From a virus, in IMG/VR virus record IMGVR_UViG_3300033150_002410, positions 5,947 to 69,946 of that record: 64,000 bases of DNA; one strand, written 5' to 3'. How positions within the stretch are numbered: the stretch's first letter is position 1; every line of letters begins with the position of its first letter. Under the pieces are notes generated by a model. The model saw only the letters and a program-made list of their open reading frames with translations, did no database searches and was not told where the DNA came from. Both the position numbers and the translations under genes were made by a program. Of the stretch, positions 1-9,760 are shown in pieces.

Positions 1-1
1 T

Positions 2-535
2 GCTTATATTAAGTCGGGATTTGTTGTAGATAGCAAGAGAGAAGCCACAGCCAAAGCAAAGGAATTGATGGCTGATTCTAAAGTCAGACGAGTCATTGAA
101 AAGTTCATAAATAAAGTTTTGGATCCGTACAGAGAAAGGATAATTTTTCAATTGATACAGATTATGGAAAAGAGGGCTTTATGGAATATTAAAGATTTTT
201 TTAATGAAGATGGTTCTGTAAAACCATTAGATCAGATACCGGAAGACTCTTTGTATGCAATAGATGGTATTAAAGAAGATTGGAAAGGCAGAGATGCTAA
301 TAGAAGAGTAGTCAGTTATACGTTAGCAGATAGAAAAGAAGCATTTGAAATGGTTCTGAAGTATCTGGAGAAGGGGGAAACAGATACAGCCAGATTAAGT
401 GATGAAGCAAAAACAAAGTTGAACAGGATACTGGAAGTAGCTAAAGCCTCTGCTGCTTCTGCTGTTGCAGGATATAAAACCGGAATGAAGGACAGGCAGA
501 AAAGAAGAAAACAAAATGAGAACGAGAACAAATAG
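2..535 (+). CDS. terS: terminase small subunit (5' truncated)
   Basis: Frame is open from the window start (AYIKSGF...); DGSVKPLDQIPED and LADRKEAFEM segments are typical of TerS; overlaps terL. Confidence 0.8.
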   Translation, partial: AYIKSGFVVDSKREATAKAKELMADSKVRRVIEKFINKVLDPYRERIIFQLIQIMEKRALWNIKDFFNEDGSVKPLDQIPEDSLYAIDGIKEDWKGRDANRRVVSYTLADRKEAFEMVLKYLEKGETDTARLSDEAKTKLNRILEVAKASAASAVAGYKTGMKDRQKRRKQNENENK

Positions 536-1817
536 TATATATACTTATGAAGATATAGAAGCATTGTTAAAAAAACCACATTATATAGGTCATTTAGCCG
601 GAAAAGATAAGTTAATTGATGTTCATTCCGATTGGATTCACTATATGTGGAGTTCTCATCACAGGGAAAGAAGTTTGCAAGCTTTTAGAGGAAGTTATAA
701 AACTACTAGTGTGCTGGTTATTGGTGTCCCTTTCTGGTTGCTTACTCACCCGGATGACAGAATATTCATAATAAGAAAGAAATTTACTGATGCTTCTGAA
801 ATTGTAGAAACCATTGCTAGTATAATAGAGATTCCGGAAATAGCAGAATTATTCAAGTTTTTTTATGGTGAATATCCAAAATATGTAGTTAAAAGGAAAG
901 AAAAGATTGTTTATAATTTCAAGAAGACCAGGACACCGGAAGGTAATATAAATGCTTTTGGCTTGGATACATCTCTGGTAGGAAAACATGGTGATGTTAT
1001 TTTTCTGGATGATTTTGTAACATTAAAAGATAGAGTATCCAGGGCAGAGAGGAACAGAACAACATATTTGATCAGAGAAATAGCTACTAATATAGTTGAT
1101 CCAAACAAGAAAGTTCGATATCTAGGAACACCTTGGCACAAAGAGGATGCTTGGTCTATATGTCCTAAGCCTGTAAAGTATGATGTAAACTCTCTGGATT
1201 TATTGTCAGAAGAAGAAATAGAACATAAAAGAAAAAAGACAACGACAAGTTTATATGCCGCTAACTATTTATTAGAACATGTAGCCGATGATGATGCTTT
1301 GTTTAAAGATCCAGTATGGGGAAAATGGGAATATACTGGTGTTAAATTACCAAGGGCCCACTTGGATGCTGCTTTTGATGGGGAACATTATTGTGCTTTA
1401 ACTATAATGGCCCAAAGGGACGATGGAAGGATACAAGCTGTAGGTTTTACATATAACGGAAATGTGAAAGATTGGATTACACAGATAGTTAATATAATGA
1501 GAAGGTATAAGTGTAAGAAAATATATAATGAAGATAATGCAGATAAAGGATATACAGCAGATTTATTAAAGAAAGAAGGAATGTCTGTTCATGTATATAA
1601 TGAAAGGATGAATAAACACATAAAAATATCTTCCTACCTTTTTGAGACATGGTCTGATATTGTTTGGAGCGAAGAAACAGATCCTGAATATATGAATCAG
1701 ATATTGGATTATTCTGAGAAACAGGAACCGGATGATGCTCCGGATTCAGCTTCCTCTTTAATAATGAATTGTTTTTCTAAAAAAGGAAGGATTAATACGG
1801 AACGCTGGAAATGGTGA
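516..1817 (+). CDS. terL: terminase large subunit
   Basis: Walker A-like FRGSYKTT, Walker B IFLDD, GTPWH, RNase H-like HLDAAFDG and C-terminal PDDAPDS. Confidence 0.92.
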   Translation: MRTRTNSIYTYEDIEALLKKPHYIGHLAGKDKLIDVHSDWIHYMWSSHHRERSLQAFRGSYKTTSVLVIGVPFWLLTHPDDRIFIIRKKFTDASEIVETIASIIEIPEIAELFKFFYGEYPKYVVKRKEKIVYNFKKTRTPEGNINAFGLDTSLVGKHGDVIFLDDFVTLKDRVSRAERNRTTYLIREIATNIVDPNKKVRYLGTPWHKEDAWSICPKPVKYDVNSLDLLSEEEIEHKRKKTTTSLYAANYLLEHVADDDALFKDPVWGKWEYTGVKLPRAHLDAAFDGEHYCALTIMAQRDDGRIQAVGFTYNGNVKDWITQIVNIMRRYKCKKIYNEDNADKGYTADLLKKEGMSVHVYNERMNKHIKISSYLFETWSDIVWSEETDPEYMNQILDYSEKQEPDDAPDSASSLIMNCFSKKGRINTERWKW

Positions 1818-1819
1818 TA

Positions 1820-1848
1820 TTGATTTTCTTGATTATTTTTGATATAAT
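1820..1848 (+). promoter_or_regulatory. sigma70-like promoter upstream of portal
   Basis: TTGATT-17 nt-TATAAT, then RBS AGGAGG and GTG start at 1866. Confidence 0.55.
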
Positions 1849-1865
1849 TCAAAAGGAGGTTCGTT

Positions 1866-3206
1866 GTGAAAGCTTTTGTTACAGATAAAATTAAAGAAAA
1901 GATGGATGGATGGTCTAATGTTCTTTCCGGAATGGGAAGAGCAATGGACAAAAGAACACACACTACTTTCTCTCAGACGACTTATTTCAGCAAAGAAGAG
2001 CTTGCAGAACTTTACGGTGGTGATGGTCTGGTTAAACGGATAATAGACACCCTTGCTGACGATATGACGAGGGAATGGATCAGTATTCCAGATGATAGAG
2101 ATGGGATTATTGTTAATGAACTTGAAAGGTTGAATGCTGTATCGAAAATAAATACGGCAATTAAATGGGCTAGACTTTTTGGAGGATCTCTTCTTTTTAT
2201 AGGAGCTCTTGATAGACAATCTTTACAAAAGCCATTAAATGTCAAAAGAATCAAGAATATAGAATATTTAAAGGTTTTTGATCTCGGAGATATTAATACA
2301 TACGAGTGTGTGTTTGACGATGATCCAAGAAGTAATATGTATGGTGAAATTATAGAATACGATGTTTTTGTAAGGGTTGGTAATAATATAGAGAGACAAA
2401 AAATACACTATACCAGAGTTATTCCTTTTTATGGAATAAAAGTCCCTTCTTCTATAAAAACAGGACACAATATACTGGAGAAAAGATACTGGGGGGATTC
2501 AGTAATAAGTTCTATATGGGATTATTTAAGAGATTATGTATCTTCTTTTGCTTCCGTTTGTGATATATTGTTCGAGTTTATTATCGGAAAATACAAGTTT
2601 GCTGATCTGGATGAAATGCTGGCTCAAGGAAATGAAAATTTATTACATACAAGAATGGAAGCTATAGAAATGACGAAGTCCATTCTACATTCCGTTTTAT
2701 TGGGAACTGATGAGGACTATGTAAGAGATTCTGCTTCTCTTGCAGGAATAGCAGAAACACTGGATAGGTTCATGATGAATTTATGTGCGGTAACTGAATA
2801 TCCGGTTACCAAATTATTCGGAAGATCTCCGGCCGGCTTGAATGCTACAGGTGAAAATGATCTGAAAAATTATTACGATGCTGTAAGATCAAAACAAATA
2901 TCAATGTTGTCTCCGTGTGTACAATATCTTATTGATATAATTGCTGCTTGGAAAAATATAAATCCTTCTCCCAGACATGAATGGAATTCTCTTTTTCAGT
3001 TGACAGAAGCAGAAATATCAAACAAGAAGAGAATTGATGCCGAGACGTACAGAACTCAGGCGGATGCTGATCAGAGATACATGGCCGAGGGTGTATTAAC
3101 TCCTGAAGAGGTATATAAAATGAGATTTGAGGAGACTATGGGTGAAAGGGATTTTACCGAGATTCCGGAGGAAGAACCTGATGGCCCTGATTTTCCAGAG
3201 AAATAA
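1866..3206 (+). CDS. portal protein (DUF1073/HI1409 type)
   Basis: DGWSNVLSGMG, WARLFGGS, PVTKLFGRSPAGLNATGENDLKNYYD motifs; follows terL. Confidence 0.9.
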   Translation: MKAFVTDKIKEKMDGWSNVLSGMGRAMDKRTHTTFSQTTYFSKEELAELYGGDGLVKRIIDTLADDMTREWISIPDDRDGIIVNELERLNAVSKINTAIKWARLFGGSLLFIGALDRQSLQKPLNVKRIKNIEYLKVFDLGDINTYECVFDDDPRSNMYGEIIEYDVFVRVGNNIERQKIHYTRVIPFYGIKVPSSIKTGHNILEKRYWGDSVISSIWDYLRDYVSSFASVCDILFEFIIGKYKFADLDEMLAQGNENLLHTRMEAIEMTKSILHSVLLGTDEDYVRDSASLAGIAETLDRFMMNLCAVTEYPVTKLFGRSPAGLNATGENDLKNYYDAVRSKQISMLSPCVQYLIDIIAAWKNINPSPRHEWNSLFQLTEAEISNKKRIDAETYRTQADADQRYMAEGVLTPEEVYKMRFEETMGERDFTEIPEEEPDGPDFPEK

Positions 3207-3221
3207 GAGGAAAAATAAGGA

Positions 3222-4166
3222 ATGGTTGGTTTTATTAGATTGGTTACAGAAAAATATGTTTCATTGAGTGATGCTAAGAAAAAAGTTCTCAGAAGGAAAA
3301 TGAAAAATGTAAGGATAAAATATCCGCACGCAATTGAGCTTAAGCTTACTAAATTATTGATAGAATATAACAAAAAACTTTCCTTATCCTTGATGAGATG
3401 GATTGAAAACAATGAAAAAAGATGGAACAGAGATTCATGGGAAAATGAAATTCTGGTACATTTGAATATATACTTTGAACAGGAACTAGAGACTATGTTA
3501 AATGATCCTAAAGTTATAGGAATAGATATTCAGAAACAGGTTGAAAAGTTATTCATTTTGCTTTATTCGTTCAATAAGGCTCAATTCATGAAAATAATAA
3601 AAGATATTTTGGGTGAATCTTATTATGGTTCGGAGATGTGGTGGGATAATTTGAGAAAACAATGGAATAAAGTTTTTTATGAAAGAACCAAAAAAGTTGC
3701 TTATGGATTTGTAGATAAGATAAAAGATATTATCTATAAAGGGATTCAGAAAAACAGAGAGTTTAGTGAAATACTTTCTGATATTAAAAAGGCTAATAAA
3801 ACATTTACTATTAAAAAGGCTAATTTTATAGCAAGAGACCTTATCGGTTCCGCTAATAGTCTTTTTCAGAAAAATATGCACACTTCTATAGGCATAGATA
3901 TGTATACATGGCAAACAATGGTAGATGAAAGAGTTAGAGGAAGGCCTGGTGGAAAATATCCTACTGCTGTACCTAGCCATTGGGCTATGGAAGGTTTAGT
4001 TTGTTCCTGGTATGATCCTATTGTATATTCCGAGGATGGAATGGTATGGAAACATAGAACAAGTTTGATGCCAAAAGCTCAGGTTGGTGAGGAATATGCT
4101 TGCAGGTGTTTACCGGTGCCTTATTTTGCAACAATACTTAATCAAATAGATAGGGGGTTAATATGA
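3222..4166 (+). CDS. head morphogenesis protein (MuF/SPP1 gp7 family)
   Basis: IARD, YTWQTMVDERVR, SHWAMEG, CRC motifs. Confidence 0.85.
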   Translation: MVGFIRLVTEKYVSLSDAKKKVLRRKMKNVRIKYPHAIELKLTKLLIEYNKKLSLSLMRWIENNEKRWNRDSWENEILVHLNIYFEQELETMLNDPKVIGIDIQKQVEKLFILLYSFNKAQFMKIIKDILGESYYGSEMWWDNLRKQWNKVFYERTKKVAYGFVDKIKDIIYKGIQKNREFSEILSDIKKANKTFTIKKANFIARDLIGSANSLFQKNMHTSIGIDMYTWQTMVDERVRGRPGGKYPTAVPSHWAMEGLVCSWYDPIVYSEDGMVWKHRTSLMPKAQVGEEYACRCLPVPYFATILNQIDRGLI

Positions 4167-4357
4167 GTAAATTACCAAGAGAAGTTATAGACTTGATAGA
4201 GGAAAAAGCTAAAGAAATACCGTATGGAAATATACACATTGAACTGAATGAAAGTGGTAATTTTGTAGATGTTATTATTTCACAGAGAATAAGAGTTATG
4301 AAGAATGTCAAGCCCAGACCTGGAATGGTATATTCTAATGTTCAGCGCATGGGGTAG
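4163..4357 (+). CDS. small protein, DUF2292/YezD-like
   Basis: 64 aa, IPYGNIHIEL helix-hairpin pattern. Confidence 0.45.
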   Translation: MSKLPREVIDLIEEKAKEIPYGNIHIELNESGNFVDVIISQRIRVMKNVKPRPGMVYSNVQRMG

Positions 4358-4369
4358 AATTGGAGATAC

Positions 4370-4398
4370 TTGACTTTTTGTAAATTTTTTATTATTAT
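4370..4398 (+). promoter_or_regulatory. sigma70-like promoter
   Basis: TTGACT-17 nt-TATTAT. Confidence 0.6.
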
Positions 4399-4417
4399 TA
4401 GCTTACCACCGATATAC

Positions 4418-4450
4418 AGGGGTTTCATGACAAAATGAAACCCCTTTTTT
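4418..4450 (+). terminator. intrinsic terminator-like hairpin
   Basis: AGGGGTTTCAT-GACAAA-ATGAAACCCCT followed by a T-run. Confidence 0.75.
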
Positions 4451-4462
4451 ATAGGAGAGGAA

Positions 4463-5659
4463 ATGAAACAATATAGAGTAGATAAATATTCTCCTGCAGA
4501 GTGGATGACATCCAAGTTTGAAAAGACAGAGGAAGGGTATCTCAAAGGAAGAGCTGTTGTTACAAATACTGGTGTTTTTGTATATTCTGATGGTAATGGT
4601 GGAGAAAGAAGGGAATTAAGACTTCCGGAGGAGGTTTTTTCTCCAGAAGCTCTGGATTCGCTTAAGATGAAACCAATTACCTATAATCATCCACCGGAAT
4701 TGGTTGATGTTAATAATATAAAGGAATATCAGATAGGATATTCTGGAGAGAATCCATCTTCTGCTTTAGGTTTTGATACAGATGGGTATCATGTAGCTAT
4801 AGATTTAATAATTACCGATAAGGATGTTATTGATGAAGTTACTTCTAAAGGTTCTCTGGATTATCCGATAAAAGGACAAAATGGTAAGAAAACGGCCCTT
4901 TCTTGTGGCTACACTTGTGATTTAGAAGATTCTGCTGGTGTTTGGTGTGGACAACCGTATGATTATATACAGCGGAACATAAGGTATAATCACATAGCTC
5001 TTGTGGATTATGGAAGAGCTGGTGATGCTGCAAGATTGAGGTTGGATTCAAAAAATAATTTACTTATTTCTTATAGCAAGGAGGAATTTATGGATGCTTT
5101 AAAGTCTGTTAATCTCGATGGTGTTGATTATAAAGCAGAAGCTAAGGTAATAGAAACATTAAATCAGCACAAAAAGGAGATAGAAAATTTAAAGAGTAAA
5201 ATGGATTCTCTTCAGAAAGAGAAATCCAAGATAGAAGGGGAAAGAGACAATCTTAAGGAACAGGTCAATGATCTATCTGAGAAGGTAAAGTCTCTGGAAG
5301 AAGACAGTATGGATGTGGAGAAGATTAACGAGTATGTAAAGAAGAGGGCTAAGATTCTTTCTGTTGCGGATAAACTTGGGATTGAGGTTGATGATGAAGC
5401 GGATTCTGTTGATATCATGAAGAAAGTAGTTCTTCATAAGTATCCGAAGACAAATCTGGATGATAAGGATGTTGTTTACATAGAGGCCCGCTTTGATGGT
5501 ATTGTAGAAAGTTTAGAAGAGGAGGAGGAAGAAGAGAATGATGCTACAGTACGCAAGATGAAAGGAAGTACTGACAAACATACTGATTCTGATGTTGAGA
5601 GCAAAAGGAAAGAAATGATTGAATATTATAAGAAACTTTCTAGGGGAGAAGTAAAATAA
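4463..5659 (+). CDS. prohead protease/scaffold (DUF2213)
   Basis: TEEGYL, RLPEEVF, PITYNHP, LSCGY, QRNIRYNHIALV..GRAG; coiled-coil C-terminus. Confidence 0.9.
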   Translation: MKQYRVDKYSPAEWMTSKFEKTEEGYLKGRAVVTNTGVFVYSDGNGGERRELRLPEEVFSPEALDSLKMKPITYNHPPELVDVNNIKEYQIGYSGENPSSALGFDTDGYHVAIDLIITDKDVIDEVTSKGSLDYPIKGQNGKKTALSCGYTCDLEDSAGVWCGQPYDYIQRNIRYNHIALVDYGRAGDAARLRLDSKNNLLISYSKEEFMDALKSVNLDGVDYKAEAKVIETLNQHKKEIENLKSKMDSLQKEKSKIEGERDNLKEQVNDLSEKVKSLEEDSMDVEKINEYVKKRAKILSVADKLGIEVDDEADSVDIMKKVVLHKYPKTNLDDKDVVYIEARFDGIVESLEEEEEEENDATVRKMKGSTDKHTDSDVESKRKEMIEYYKKLSRGEVK

Positions 5660-5670
5660 GGAGGTAAAAA

Positions 5671-6138
5671 ATGAGTGCATACGGTTCTATAGATCAGGCC
5701 AAAGCGGGTTTCGTTTATGGTCTGGATCACAACATAGAGACAAGGGTAGTTCCTTCGGGTACAACCTTTGCCTTTGGGGATCCTGTATTTGTAGATGAAG
5801 GAGATGAAGCAAAAGCCTATAAGGCTGACAGTAATGATGCCTCTCTCAAGTTCCTCGGAGTAGCAATTGTTTCGCAGAGAAGTTTTAACGATAGCCAGGG
5901 TGAATATGTTGCCTATGATACTATGAACGTGCTTACAAGAGGTGAAGTATATGTTACTGTTCCTTCTGGTCTTTCTTCGATTGCAAACAAGAGTGCTTAT
6001 GTGATTGATGACCAGAGCAATGATGACTATGAAAAATTCACTACTACAGCAGCCGGCAATTATGATTGTGGTTGTTATTTCAAATCAAACCCCAACAGCG
6101 ATAACTTGGTAAGAATAGAAGTTAGAGGAATGAAATAA
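5671..6138 (+). CDS. head decoration/cement protein
   Basis: Position between scaffold and capsid; FGDPV, FLGVA, VLTRGEVYV pattern. Confidence 0.7.
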   Translation: MSAYGSIDQAKAGFVYGLDHNIETRVVPSGTTFAFGDPVFVDEGDEAKAYKADSNDASLKFLGVAIVSQRSFNDSQGEYVAYDTMNVLTRGEVYVTVPSGLSSIANKSAYVIDDQSNDDYEKFTTTAAGNYDCGCYFKSNPNSDNLVRIEVRGMK

Positions 6139-7439
6139 TGAGTGTAGGAACATATTCCTCTTCTGTTAAACTAGTGGATGAGGTTTGGGATAAAAGTTCT
6201 AGTGAAAGAAGATGGAGAAAACATGCTGGTGTAGAGTCAAAGGATGATTTACCTAACAGAACATATACGAAGAGGTTCTGTTGGTATGATAGTTCGGATA
6301 TGAAGAATTTCGGAAGCTACAAACTGCCTATATGGGATTATAAAGGAGGTGAGTTTGTAAATATAAGGGCTGTACGAAATGCTAAAGCCAGATTATCGCA
6401 AACTGCGGATATTCCTAGTGGAGAGAGGAAAAAAATTGAAAATATGTTAGATAAGTATTTAAACCGTTGGAATAAAGAAACCAATGATGGATATAATAAG
6501 GAGGATAAAAATATGAGAGTAAAGGATAAGATGCGGTTAGATGATAATGAAACTGTATTCTTTAAAAGACAGCTAGAGTATATCAAGGCCAGAACTTATG
6601 ACACAAAATATAAGGATCTTAAGGCTTTCTCTCTAATTCCCATCAGTGCAGAAGCACCTTCTGGTGCTACTGAAATAACTTGGAGATCCTTTTCCAAGTA
6701 TGGTTTAGCCAAAATTATAGCTGACTATGCCTATGATTTTCCAAGAGTAGATGTGTTTGGGGAAGAGAATACTGTAAAGATAAAGGATATTGGTGTGTCT
6801 TATGGGTATTCAATAAAAGAAATCCGTAGAGCTATGTTGGCTGGATTTGATCTTGAAGCAAGAAGGGCTTCTGTTGCAAGACGGGCTGTAGAGGAGAAAA
6901 TGAACGCCTTGGCTTGGAGTGGAGATGATTCACACAACATACAGGGATTTCTTGATTATCCTGGTATAACAGAATACGCAGTTCCGGCAACAGGAACCGG
7001 CAGTTCAAAGGAATGGGCAGACAAGACTGCAGATCAAATACTAACAGATCTTAATGGTATTGTTTCTGCTATAACAGAAGGAACAAGTGGAAAAGAGAGA
7101 CCTAACATGATCCTGATGCCTTTGGGACAGTATAATTTGATAAGAAATACTCGGGTTGGCTCTTATAGTGATAAAACTATTTTTCAGTTCTTCACGGAAA
7201 ATAATCCTGACATTACAGTCGATTGGCTTACAGAATTGGATGAAGCTGGAGCTGGAGGAACTGATAGGTTCATGGCTTATACCAGAGATGAGGAACATTT
7301 GACTCTTGAAATTCCCTTGATGTTCGAGCAGTTTGAACCTCAGCAGAAAGGAATGGAGTATGAAGTTCCTTGCTATGGTGAGTTTGCTGGTGTTATTGTG
7401 TATTATCCCCTCTCTGTTGCCTATGGGGATGGTATTTAA
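6138..7439 (+). CDS. major capsid protein (DUF2184/encapsulin-like HK97 fold) with 125-aa N-terminal extension; internal start at 6513
   Basis: RQLEYI, YGYSIKEI, AWSGD..QGFLDYP, GVIVYYP..AYGDGI; internal RBS AAGGAGG before the in-frame ATG at 6513. Confidence 0.9.
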   Translation: MSVGTYSSSVKLVDEVWDKSSSERRWRKHAGVESKDDLPNRTYTKRFCWYDSSDMKNFGSYKLPIWDYKGGEFVNIRAVRNAKARLSQTADIPSGERKKIENMLDKYLNRWNKETNDGYNKEDKNMRVKDKMRLDDNETVFFKRQLEYIKARTYDTKYKDLKAFSLIPISAEAPSGATEITWRSFSKYGLAKIIADYAYDFPRVDVFGEENTVKIKDIGVSYGYSIKEIRRAMLAGFDLEARRASVARRAVEEKMNALAWSGDDSHNIQGFLDYPGITEYAVPATGTGSSKEWADKTADQILTDLNGIVSAITEGTSGKERPNMILMPLGQYNLIRNTRVGSYSDKTIFQFFTENNPDITVDWLTELDEAGAGGTDRFMAYTRDEEHLTLEIPLMFEQFEPQQKGMEYEVPCYGEFAGVIVYYPLSVAYGDGI

Positions 7440-7449
7440 ATATGCTCCC

Positions 7450-7484
7450 CCTCCCCGTGAGGTGCTTTGCACCGATCGGGGAGG
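7450..7484 (+). terminator. GC-rich hairpin after capsid gene (terminator or mRNA stabiliser)
   Basis: CCTCCCCG..GGTGC-TTT-GCACC..CGGGGAGG; weak T-tract. Confidence 0.5.
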
Positions 7485-7528
7485 TATTATAAACATGGAA
7501 ATCAAAATATTATTTAAGGGGGAAAATT

Positions 7529-8005
7529 ATGATTATAAACTACAAAGGTAAAGGCTTGTTAATGGTTCCTATAACTCATAAAGAGGATGGATCTTCTATA
7601 AAAATAGGTGGAAGATCTATGGTGCGGATCATACCGGGATATAACGAAATATTGGATAATGAATATCTTCTTGTACGTCCTCATTTGCTGGAACATATCA
7701 GTGAAGGAATCATTGAAGAATACGGTCGAAAGGAAAAAAGGGTAGATAGAGAAACCGGTGAGGAACATGAATTCTACGTAGGAACTTCTATCAGGAGGCA
7801 GACACCGGCCAAGGCTGCAGAAATGGCTAAAAACTGCTACAGTCTTGATACAATAAACATTTGGTTAAATGGTGTAGAAGATGGTTCTTACGAACCAGAG
7901 GCCAGAGAAGATATACGGTTGATTCTCAGAGAACAGGAAAGAAAGATTAAAACAGGTGGAAAACCACCGGAAGAATTAGCAAAAATGAATATTACAGTTC
8001 CATAA
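7529..8005 (+). CDS. hypothetical head-associated protein
   Basis: 158-aa ORF with RBS in the head-neck module. Confidence 0.65.
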   Translation: MIINYKGKGLLMVPITHKEDGSSIKIGGRSMVRIIPGYNEILDNEYLLVRPHLLEHISEGIIEEYGRKEKRVDRETGEEHEFYVGTSIRRQTPAKAAEMAKNCYSLDTINIWLNGVEDGSYEPEAREDIRLILREQERKIKTGGKPPEELAKMNITVP

Positions 8006-8018
8006 AGGGAGGTTATAA

Positions 8019-8408
8019 GTGGCTCCGGCAGAATATATAGAAATGATGAACCCTACTCTCTATAGTCAAACGTCAACGATGAACTTCTATATAGATGTTG
8101 CCGAAGGACTTATCAACAGAGCGTATTTCGGGGATTTGGCCGATTATGCTGTAGCTTTGAGAGCTATGCATAATTATATAATAGATTCTGAAAGGCCTAA
8201 GGGAGAGGCCGGATTAATTACGGCGAAATCCGAAGGACAAGCTTCTTTGCGTTACTGGAACAAGGTAGAGAAGGGAAGATATTCTGATTTACAAATGACA
8301 CATTATGGACAGAGACTTCTGGCAATTATAAAAGCTAGAGGGCCCGCTATATCCGTAACGGGAGATGAAAGTAATCTATTGTCTGGTGGTACTGTAAATG
8401 TGGTATAA
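8019..8408 (+). CDS. head-tail adaptor (DUF4054-like)
   Basis: AVALRAMH, AKSEGQAS, THYGQRL motifs. Confidence 0.75.
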   Translation: MAPAEYIEMMNPTLYSQTSTMNFYIDVAEGLINRAYFGDLADYAVALRAMHNYIIDSERPKGEAGLITAKSEGQASLRYWNKVEKGRYSDLQMTHYGQRLLAIIKARGPAISVTGDESNLLSGGTVNVV

Positions 8409-8721
8409 TCTGAAAGAGATTAGTATATGGAGACCTTCGGATGTAACGGGATTTAATGATTCCGTATATTCGCAGGTGGCAACAATTAGTGGAACTAAGA
8501 TTCCAATAAGTGGATCCAGTGCTATAAGGAACAACCAGGCTTTTTCAGAAGTAAGAGATATATTGATTTGTGATCTTTCATATAAAGATTCCATAGAAGA
8601 GAAGGATGAAGTAGAAGTGGATAACGAGTGGTTTAACGTTATGTATATTCAAAAATATACAAATGTTTTACCACACTTGGAAATTTATTTGAGAAACAGC
8701 CAATGGAGGAGAAACAACTAG
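8398..8721 (+). CDS. head closure/stopper protein
   Basis: Beta-rich 107 aa ending HLEIYL; synteny. Confidence 0.6.
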   Translation: MWYNLKEISIWRPSDVTGFNDSVYSQVATISGTKIPISGSSAIRNNQAFSEVRDILICDLSYKDSIEEKDEVEVDNEWFNVMYIQKYTNVLPHLEIYLRNSQWRRNN

Positions 8722-9333
8722 GTGGCTTTTAAATCTAAATTTATGGACAGAGTGGGTAAGGCCCTTGAAGAGGGGGTAACTGCAGGACTTAATACTATAG
8801 GAATGAATGCAACCAGAGAGCTTAAAGAAGCTACTACTGTTGATTTGGGCAGGTTAAAAGGTTCTCATACGTATGCTTTGATGGGAATACAGATGCCCAA
8901 GTATTTACCATCTATAAAAACGAATCCGGGCAATCCTAATATGGGACTGGTTTCTGACATAAAAAGTGATGATGATGTTATTTCTCCTGTCAGGCAAAGA
9001 TTTTACCTTAAAGTAGGAACTGCTGTTCCTTATGCTGTATATGTTGATAAGGGAACTGGGGCCCACAGAACGAGTGAAGATTCAGAGGGTTTTATTCAGA
9101 GAATAACCGATTGGGGGAAAAGGAAGGGATTTACTAGAGACCAGATAGCCGGCCTTATAAAAGTTATTCGGCACTCTGGAACACACCCCCATCCGTTTAT
9201 GACTGCTGCTGAGGCTTATATCAGGTTTGCAGCAGGAAGAATATTAAAAAGAAGTGTGGGAACAGTATTGAAGGTTATTCCTCCGGTTAAATACGAAATA
9301 AAAGGAGGGAGGGTTAGTAAAAAAGGTGATTGA
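8722..9333 (+). CDS. tail completion protein (HK97 gp10-like)
   Basis: VDLGRLKGS, VGTAVPYAVYVDKGTG, GTHPHPFM. Confidence 0.8.
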   Translation: MAFKSKFMDRVGKALEEGVTAGLNTIGMNATRELKEATTVDLGRLKGSHTYALMGIQMPKYLPSIKTNPGNPNMGLVSDIKSDDDVISPVRQRFYLKVGTAVPYAVYVDKGTGAHRTSEDSEGFIQRITDWGKRKGFTRDQIAGLIKVIRHSGTHPHPFMTAAEAYIRFAAGRILKRSVGTVLKVIPPVKYEIKGGRVSKKGD

Positions 9334-9733
9334 AAAGAGTTTATTACAACATTTATTGGATGATACAGAACTTACAACTCTTTTAGGAGGGAATAAAATT
9401 TATTTTCAGAGAGTCCCTACAGGAACAGAAATGCCTTGGGTAGTTTTTTCTGTAGCACCTGGAGGGGTAAGGGAAAGGATAAGTTTGAAATACATTGATG
9501 CTCAAGATATTATTTCTTTTGAAATAGAGCATCCACAAATGGTTGCAGGAAGGGAAATAGCTGAAAAAGTTTTACGCAGAGTAGAAAACTATAGAGGAGA
9601 TTTATCTGATGATTCAGATATACATATAACTTGTTCAACAATAAGAAGTTTAGATGGAGCTTTTGCTTCCTATCGTTACTTGTTTAATGCTTATGTGAGA
9701 TATAAGGAGGTAATACAGTTTCCATCTAGTTAA
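9326..9733 (+). CDS. tail terminator (DUF3168-like)
   Basis: L..LLG.NKIY..VP....PWVVF pattern; synteny. Confidence 0.7.
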   Translation: MIEKSLLQHLLDDTELTTLLGGNKIYFQRVPTGTEMPWVVFSVAPGGVRERISLKYIDAQDIISFEIEHPQMVAGREIAEKVLRRVENYRGDLSDDSDIHITCSTIRSLDGAFASYRYLFNAYVRYKEVIQFPSS

Positions 9734-9760
9734 ATCTAAATTAATTAAAAGGAGTGAAGT

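Noticed and set aside
1866-3206. Anti-CBASS Acb1 label often attached to DUF1073 proteins
   Set aside because: Size and position after terL indicate a portal; no 2H phosphoesterase HxT motif pair seen
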